From positions 4,804-68,803 of the forward strand of contig CAZPDI010000001.1 of assembly GCA_964585425.1 (NCBI GenBank): DNA of 64,000 bases, given 5' to 3'. This document shows, piece by piece, positions 58,598 through 64,000 of the stretch (positions are counted from its first letter, which is position 1; each line of letters starts with the position of its first letter). Origin of the DNA: an uncultured Candidatus Saccharibacteria bacterium. Lineage in GTDB: Bacteria > Patescibacteriota > Saccharimonadia > UBA4664 > CAYXHD01. Made by a program: the position numbers and the translations under genes. A model generated the notes under the pieces. The model saw nothing but the letters and a program-made list of their open reading frames with translations, was not told the DNA's origin and did not search any database.

Positions 58598-59330
58598 GAT
58601 GCCCTCCCAGTGCCTCGGCGTGTAAACTATCTTCGGCGCCAAGCACCACCATGCGACCGTGGATATTGAGCACTTCGACGGGTGAGCCATACAGCTTACT
58701 CAGGGTCTTAGTTGTCAGGATTTCCTCAGGCGTGCCTAGCAACCACTTCTGCCCCACTAAATATAAAACCTTATCAACCATTGGCAGAATCGGATTAATG
58801 TCGTGCGTCACAAATACCACCGCCGTATTATGTTTGGTACGACGTTCATTAATGAGATTGCTGACGATTTGCTGTTGCGTTAAATCGAGCGAAAGCAGCG
58901 GCTCGTCACATAGCAAAATACTTGGATCTTCAACTAAGGCCTGGGCCACACGCAATCGCTGTTGCTGACCACCACTCAGGGTGCCGAGCGGTTTGTGCGC
59001 AAACTCTTCGGCACCGACGGCTTTAATTGCCTTATCGACGGCCGTCTTCTTGCCTAAGCCTACACCATACTTATGGCCATCTAAACCAAATCGCACTAAG
59101 TCGTAGCCGCGAATGGCGGTGTCATCATCAAAGCCACGGTGCTGCGGAATGTAGCCAATACACTGATCGGCGTGATTTTCTAACAGGCGTTTTAACAAGC
59201 TCGTCTTGCCCGACCCGTTTGGCCCCAGCACCACCAAAAACTCACCGGGCTCTATATTAAGATTAAGATTTTGCCAAAGCTTATGCTCGCCAAATTGCAA
59301 GCTAACGTTCTTTAAGGAAATGAGACTCAT
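58590..59330 (-). CDS. Metal ABC transporter ATP-binding protein
   Basis: Walker A GPNGSGKTS, signature LSGGQQQR, Walker B LLCDEP. Confidence 0.85.
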   Translation of the reverse strand: MSLISLKNVSLQFGEHKLWQNLNLNIEPGEFLVVLGPNGSGKTSLLKRLLENHADQCIGYIPQHRGFDDDTAIRGYDLVRFGLDGHKYGVGLGKKTAVDKAIKAVGAEEFAHKPLGTLSGGQQQRLRVAQALVEDPSILLCDEPLLSLDLTQQQIVSNLINERRTKHNTAVVFVTHDINPILPMVDKVLYLVGQKWLLGTPEEILTTKTLSKLYGSPVEVLNIHGRMVVLGAEDSLHAEALGGHHE

Positions 59331-60244
59331 AATGCCCCTAGTATGGCACTAAGTTGTTGCATTTGCCAGGTCTGAAAGTTCTTAACCTTGGGAATCGTTT
59401 CGCTGACCCCTACTACCGCTACGCCGGCTTGCTGGGCAGTCTTTTGCAACTGCTCCGTGACATCATTTACCGCCTGATTGTTATAGAGGAGTACTTTTAC
59501 CTGCCCCGACTTTAATACTGCTTCGAATGCTTGTATTTGCTGTGGGGTTGGCTCACTGCCGTTTTCGACCGATTGCGAAAAGCCAGTCGGAGTTTTGTCG
59601 GTCAAACCAAGATCCTCGATCAAATAGCCGGCCACTCGTTCGGTATAGGCCACGCCGCCATTCACCTGAGTAATTTTGCTGGTTAATTTTTGCATATCGG
59701 CAATAAAGTTTTGAGTGTTTGCCTTATAGCTGATCTCGTGCTCTGGGTCAATTGCAATCAGGTCATTCTGGATGGCTAAGGCCACCTCCTGGATGCGCGG
59801 CAGATCATACCAGAGATGCGGGTTATCATCCTGGTTGGATTTAAGAACTTCGCTGACATTGAGTATTGTTTTATCATTTTGTGGAGCCGCCTCTAAGAGC
59901 TTGTCCATAAACTCGTCGTAGCCCAGACCATTAACTATGATGAGCTGGGCAGATCCTAGCTGCGAGGCAGTTTTAGCGTCGGACTCAAATAAGTGCGGAT
60001 CAGCTTCGGGGTCGCTTAATATAGAAGTAACTTCGACATGCTCGCCACCTACCTGGGCCGCAATATCACCCCAAACGTTGGTGCTCGCAACGATTTGAAC
60101 TTTATTACTATCGTGCGCAACTTGATTCTTTGACTGCAAATATACCACCCCCCATATAAAGAATAGGGCCGATATAAGCATGGCGGCGCCGAGAGCAAAT
60201 GTTCGTTTTTTCGATATATGTGACATGTCTTTAAAATAAAACAC
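59327..60244 (-). CDS. Metal ABC transporter substrate-binding protein (TroA/ZnuA cluster-9 family)
   Basis: N-terminal TM/signal region. TroA-like fold length. ATGA overlap with the ATPase. Confidence 0.7.
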   Translation of the reverse strand: MFYFKDMSHISKKRTFALGAAMLISALFFIWGVVYLQSKNQVAHDSNKVQIVASTNVWGDIAAQVGGEHVEVTSILSDPEADPHLFESDAKTASQLGSAQLIIVNGLGYDEFMDKLLEAAPQNDKTILNVSEVLKSNQDDNPHLWYDLPRIQEVALAIQNDLIAIDPEHEISYKANTQNFIADMQKLTSKITQVNGGVAYTERVAGYLIEDLGLTDKTPTGFSQSVENGSEPTPQQIQAFEAVLKSGQVKVLLYNNQAVNDVTEQLQKTAQQAGVAVVGVSETIPKVKNFQTWQMQQLSAILGAL

Positions 60245-60254
60245 CTTTTTGCTT

Positions 60255-60308
60255 ATTGCAAATTTGTCGCATTAGTGATATCTTATTGCAACAAAGTCGC
60301 ATTAACGA
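60255..60308. promoter_or_regulatory. Pair of palindromic operator-like boxes in the divergent intergenic region
   Basis: CTTATTGCAAATTTGTCGCATTAG and CTTATTGCAACAAAGTCGCATTAA. Consensus CTTATTGCAAnnnnGTnGCATTA is shared with 3137-3191. Confidence 0.5.
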
Positions 60309-60321
60309 AAGATTAATAAAA

Positions 60322-60765
60322 ATGAAGTCGGACCTACACGTCTACCTCTTAAATCATAAAAAACGCTTAACTCCCTCTAAGGAGCTCGTTTTTGAGCTAC
60401 TCAATAATCACCAGGCAATTACAATCAATGAGCTCTATTCCAAAGTTTCGAAGCAGATGGACAGGGCGACCATGTACCGTATCCTGCAACAATTTTATGA
60501 GCTTAAAGTTATTAAGGACGTAGTTATAAATGGCGTACGCAAGATTGAGTTAGCCGACTACTTTAACAGCCATCACCATCATTTAATTTGCGGCAGATGT
60601 GGCAACGTAGTAAACATTAACGACATGAAACTTGAGCAATACCTTAAGCGGCTTGCTCTCGTTAATAAATTTGTGCATGTATCACATAGTTTTGAAATTG
60701 TCGGTCTATGCCCCACTTGCCGACCACAACCTACCGCTGACTTGCCTTGGGCGGGCGTAGAATAA
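60322..60765 (+). CDS. Fur-family metal-responsive regulator (likely Zur)
   Basis: Start taken at MKSDLH. HHHLICGRCG and CPTC metal-site motifs. Winged helix. Confidence 0.7.
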   Translation: MKSDLHVYLLNHKKRLTPSKELVFELLNNHQAITINELYSKVSKQMDRATMYRILQQFYELKVIKDVVINGVRKIELADYFNSHHHHLICGRCGNVVNINDMKLEQYLKRLALVNKFVHVSHSFEIVGLCPTCRPQPTADLPWAGVE

Positions 60766-61513
60766 GTATACTAGTACGCTTCTTGTATTCTTTATAAGCA
60801 GGGTTACTTCCCCACTTTTTATCGGCGGATTTCTCTAATATGGGTATCCCCGAAGCAAAGATAAGTGTGCCGGCAATGGCCAGGGGGCTGATTAAACCTA
60901 TGAGTCTTTCAAGATTTGTAAGCGATACGAAGAGCGTGATGTACATACCAACCCATACCGTGATTTCACCAAAATAGTTTGGATGACGTGACCAGCTCCA
61001 CAAGCCCTCTTGGATCCATTTGCCTTTATTCTTTGCGTTCTGGGTAAACCGAAACTTTTGTATGTCGGCTACCGCTTCTACAACAAAGCCAAAGGCCCAG
61101 ATTAAGAATCCGAGGACTGCCACGTAACCCAAGGTGACATTGGTTTTTTGGAGCGCAAACAATAATGGCAGCAAGACCACCCAGGCAACGATGGCCTGGA
61201 GCACCCAAAAGCGGCCGAGTAACCAAAAGCTATTGCGCCAGGCATCAAAGCGCTGATCACGGCCAGTTTTTTGGATGCGATACAGCAAGAAGCCACCCAG
61301 TCGGAATGCCCAAACAGCCACCATACCGGTCACCAATAAACGCTGCAAGGTTGCATCACCGCTCAAGTAACCAAACATAGCTAAGACAAAAAAGCTCAGA
61401 GCGTAAGCCGCGTCGGTCAATTTATCGGTCTTAAATGTATAGGCGATTAAAAATAAAACAATGTTGATTCCGAGCGAATAAAGCAGGGCATTGAGTAAAT
61501 AGTATGATGTCAT
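60731..61513 (-). CDS. DUF1295 membrane protein (steroid 5-alpha-reductase / ICMT-like)
   Basis: Multi-TM. WSWSRHPNYFGE motif. Confidence 0.6.
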   Translation of the reverse strand: MTSYYLLNALLYSLGINIVLFLIAYTFKTDKLTDAAYALSFFVLAMFGYLSGDATLQRLLVTGMVAVWAFRLGGFLLYRIQKTGRDQRFDAWRNSFWLLGRFWVLQAIVAWVVLLPLLFALQKTNVTLGYVAVLGFLIWAFGFVVEAVADIQKFRFTQNAKNKGKWIQEGLWSWSRHPNYFGEITVWVGMYITLFVSLTNLERLIGLISPLAIAGTLIFASGIPILEKSADKKWGSNPAYKEYKKRTSILILRPPKASQR

Positions 61514-61549
61514 AATTGCAGTTTACCATAAGTAGGTTACAATGAAGAT

Positions 61550-61948
61550 ATGGAATTTATAAAACTCTACGTACTAAGCTTTTTGTGCTTCTTGGGCCTC
61601 GACTCGTTATGGCTAACTAAGGTTTCGCCAAAACTCTATAAAGAACAAATTGGCCACCTGATGGCCGACAAGCCTAACCTAGGAGCGGCTGGACTTTTTT
61701 ATCTGATCTATATTACCGGGCTGGTTGTTTTTGTAGTGCAGCCAGCCGTACAAAAAGAATCAATTATGTATGCCGCCAGCCGCGGCGCATTGTTTGGGTT
61801 GGTCGCCTATGCCACCTTTGACCTTACAAGTTTAGCGGTTCTTAAAAACTGGCCGGTCAAGATAACGGTAATTGACCTCATTTGGGGATCGGTACTAACT
61901 GCCAGCGTCTGTGCCCTGGCCAGCTTCTTAGCCTTACGCGTTAAATAG
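61550..61948 (+). CDS. DUF2177-like small membrane protein
   Basis: Four TM helices. Weak family recollection. Confidence 0.35.
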   Translation: MEFIKLYVLSFLCFLGLDSLWLTKVSPKLYKEQIGHLMADKPNLGAAGLFYLIYITGLVVFVVQPAVQKESIMYAASRGALFGLVAYATFDLTSLAVLKNWPVKITVIDLIWGSVLTASVCALASFLALRVK

Positions 61949-61956
61949 GACCAACT

Positions 61957-62445
61957 ATGGAGATTGCCAAGAACCAATATATCCGCACCATCATCTTTGC
62001 GGTCGAAGACAGCTTGGTTTCGACCACCGGCCTGATTGCCGGTATTAGCGTCGGCGTCAACAACAAGGCCGTGGTCATCGTGAGCGGTATCGTGGCTATT
62101 GCCGTAGAGGCCATCAGTATGGGTGCCAGTCAGTATATTAGCGATGACGCCATCGAGCAAGCCATTAAAAAGCGTGGTGACAGCCAAGCGTTTAAGGATG
62201 GGCTTCTTATGCTGGCCTCGTACTTTGCAGCCGGCCTCATCCCGCTCCTGCCAGTGGTGTTCTTTACCTATCCAACATCCCTTTACTTTTCGGTGCTCTT
62301 CGCCCTGGTGGGCTTAATAATTCTGGGTTATGTAAAAAGCAGGGTGCTACGCACCAACCCCCTACGTGGTGCCGTAAAAGTCGTCGTAGTTGGTGGTTTA
62401 GCCACCATACTCGGCATCATCGTTGGGCTTATCTTTAAGATTTAA
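61957..62445 (+). CDS. VIT1/CCC1-family membrane protein
   Basis: FAVEDSLVSTTGLIAGIS N-terminus typical of short bacterial VIT proteins. Confidence 0.55.
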   Translation: MEIAKNQYIRTIIFAVEDSLVSTTGLIAGISVGVNNKAVVIVSGIVAIAVEAISMGASQYISDDAIEQAIKKRGDSQAFKDGLLMLASYFAAGLIPLLPVVFFTYPTSLYFSVLFALVGLIILGYVKSRVLRTNPLRGAVKVVVVGGLATILGIIVGLIFKI

Positions 62446-63458
62446 GCTTCTAGATTGCGGTGTTTAAGAAGAACATTAATGGTTTCTTTGCACGTGGCCG
62501 CCACCGGAATAGCCAGCAGCGTACCTAGCACACCAGCAATCGCCGCGCCAATTAAAACTGCAATTAGCACCGTTAGTGGCGAAATATCAACTTTTTTAGA
62601 GTAGACAAGTGGATTCAGTACGGCATTTTCGAGCTGGACGTAGACGATGGTGAAGGCCACAAAAATAGCAGCCACCCAGGCTTGCCCAGAAAGCAAGGCT
62701 ACGACGGCGATCAAGATGGCGGCCATAGTCGAGCCAACCAGCGGGATCAAATCCAGCAACGCAGCAATGAGGCCTAAAATCAAGAAATAAGGATTGCCCA
62801 ATATCCAGAGAAGCAAGCCACTAGCCACGCCGTACATCATGCTTAGTAAAAAGTTGCCGACGACATAGCCGTTAATAATGCCGTAGACTTTACTGCCAAG
62901 CTCACTCACATCCTTGCGCATAGCAAGGGGCGTCAGCCGAGCTACCGTTTGTTTGATGCTCTTGCCCTCAAGGGTCATAAAGAACATTAGGGCAATAATG
63001 GTCACAAAGGCTACCACAATTTGCACGGTGCTACTCACCAGCGAGACCACCACGCCGCTCAACTGACCAAAGGAGTTGGCAATTTGATTGGCATTAGTCT
63101 TAATGGTATCTGCCCACGGCAAACCAGCAATCACCTGCTCGGCTTTGGCGGTAAGCTCCGGAAGATTAGCGGCAAGATTAGCAGCCTGCTGCGCTACTGG
63201 CGTAAACAGCGCCCAAGCCAAAGCAAAACTAGCTCCACAAAAAACAACTAACAGTAAAAAGGTGGCCAGGCCAATACTCTTTTTGGGCATAAATCGCTGC
63301 AACCAATGAACAATTGGGTTAATGGCAACCGCTAAAAACGCCGCAATGCCAACCCATACCAGGGGCGTACGAGCCAGAAATGCTAAATACAATACGATGG
63401 CTAGCCCTAGCGTAACACCAACTTTTTTTACAAAGGGAGCAATTGATTGATCAGTCAT
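62442..63458 (-). CDS. AI-2E family transporter (PerM/TqsA-like)
   Basis: 338 aa, about 8 TM helices, with AI-2E family sequence features. Confidence 0.7.
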   Translation of the reverse strand: MTDQSIAPFVKKVGVTLGLAIVLYLAFLARTPLVWVGIAAFLAVAINPIVHWLQRFMPKKSIGLATFLLLVVFCGASFALAWALFTPVAQQAANLAANLPELTAKAEQVIAGLPWADTIKTNANQIANSFGQLSGVVVSLVSSTVQIVVAFVTIIALMFFMTLEGKSIKQTVARLTPLAMRKDVSELGSKVYGIINGYVVGNFLLSMMYGVASGLLLWILGNPYFLILGLIAALLDLIPLVGSTMAAILIAVVALLSGQAWVAAIFVAFTIVYVQLENAVLNPLVYSKKVDISPLTVLIAVLIGAAIAGVLGTLLAIPVAATCKETINVLLKHRNLEA

Positions 63459-63471
63459 GCCGAATCCTCAT

Positions 63472-63963
63472 TTAAAATAATATCTTAACTTTAGCATTTG
63501 CTACCAAAATACCAACCATAACGGCACTAAATCCGACCATAAAACTCAGGTTCGAGACCGCCAATTGCGCAAAGGCTACTGCCACGCTGGCCGCAAAGAC
63601 ACTCGGAAACACCAATCCACCACGATACCCAAGCGCCTTACTCCAGGCAATAGCTAAAATTTTGATGCCAAATATCCAGGCCAGACCAACATAGCCCAAT
63701 GATGCAGCTTGTTGAATCATGGGTGCTATGGCTTGATTTCCGGTAAACTGCACCAGCGGGCCGCCAAATAGGTAAAGTGCCGACAAACCAGTCCCAGCCA
63801 AAAGTGCCCTGCCCCACCAGGAGCCACTCGTCACAAACTCAAAGTCATTAACGAATACCCGATGAGCAATGGCTATAAGATGCGTTATCGCAAAACCTAC
63901 CGCCACCAACAAGACGCAAGCCAAGACAGCTGCCGAATCGGGACTTGCTACATGGCTGGGCAA
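63472..63963 (-). CDS. Membrane hypothetical protein (may extend beyond the window end)
   Basis: Hydrophobic 163-aa ORF. Confidence 0.3.
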   Translation of the reverse strand: MPSHVASPDSAAVLACVLLVAVGFAITHLIAIAHRVFVNDFEFVTSGSWWGRALLAGTGLSALYLFGGPLVQFTGNQAIAPMIQQAASLGYVGLAWIFGIKILAIAWSKALGYRGGLVFPSVFAASVAVAFAQLAVSNLSFMVGFSAVMVGILVANAKVKILF

Positions 63964-64000
63964 GCTTACGTAGGCTGATCCATCGATCAGCTGCAGCGTA

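Overview
The window is a compact, gene-dense bacterial chromosome segment with a background GC of about 50% (hand-counted 60-nt samples in uvrA, uvrB and the LTA-synthase gene). The gene repertoire is compatible with a small-genome Gram-positive-like or Patescibacteria/Saccharibacteria-like organism, although the taxon cannot be proven from sequence alone. Supporting features are a split transketolase, rpiB, an LTA-synthase, an LCP protein, mscL, an ECF sigma factor and many short hypothetical genes.

The recognisable core genes are:
- uvrC, uvrB and uvrA
- typA
- gap, a class II aldolase, rpiB and an rpe-like gene
- ppa, trxB and a glutaredoxin-like gene
- secG, mscL and nadD
- an M24 Xaa-Pro peptidase
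- ABC and MFS transporters
- a MarR regulator
- a metal ABC uptake locus with a divergent Fur/Zur-family regulator
- one tRNA-Leu(CAG)

Superimposed on this background are at least ten visibly GC-richer ORFs or ORF pairs. Sampled 60-nt stretches gave about 58-68% GC, and third codon positions are almost exclusively G/C. Each is transcribed from its own AT-rich leader carrying a near-consensus sigma70 -35/-10 pair and a Shine-Dalgarno sequence. Each ends in a member of a related family of GC hairpins, with the core GGTCCC..GGGATC followed by TTTCGTTTAT. The clusters are:
- a tandem array of three cassettes between pepP and uvrA (9.9-12.2 kb)
- one cassette at 30.1-30.6 kb
- an island at 39.3-44.9 kb bounded by two NYN-domain genes. 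It holds three transcription units, two of which are duplicated two-gene modules ending in a conserved proline-rich/basic ~70-aa protein. It also contains a likely HsdR C-terminal remnant.
- a run of three monocistronic pyrimidine genes (type II dihydroorotase, OPRT, type 2 OMP decarboxylase) at 54.7-57.7 kb

Several cassettes are bracketed by imperfect inverted repeats, with a 5'UTR box and the reverse complement of that box after the stop codon. This recurrent architecture suggests serial capture of single foreign high-GC genes followed by domestication. It is the most unusual structure in the window. No integrase or transposase is visible.

Other notable points:
- pepP is interrupted by an in-frame TAA inside its conserved catalytic motif, and it overlaps the 3' end of nadD.
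- A conserved pair of 25-bp palindromic operator-like boxes sits upstream of the metal-uptake/Fur-family locus, and an identical pair sits upstream of an FAD-linked oxidase gene.
- Two small paralogous proteins lie in tandem at 7.3-7.9 kb.
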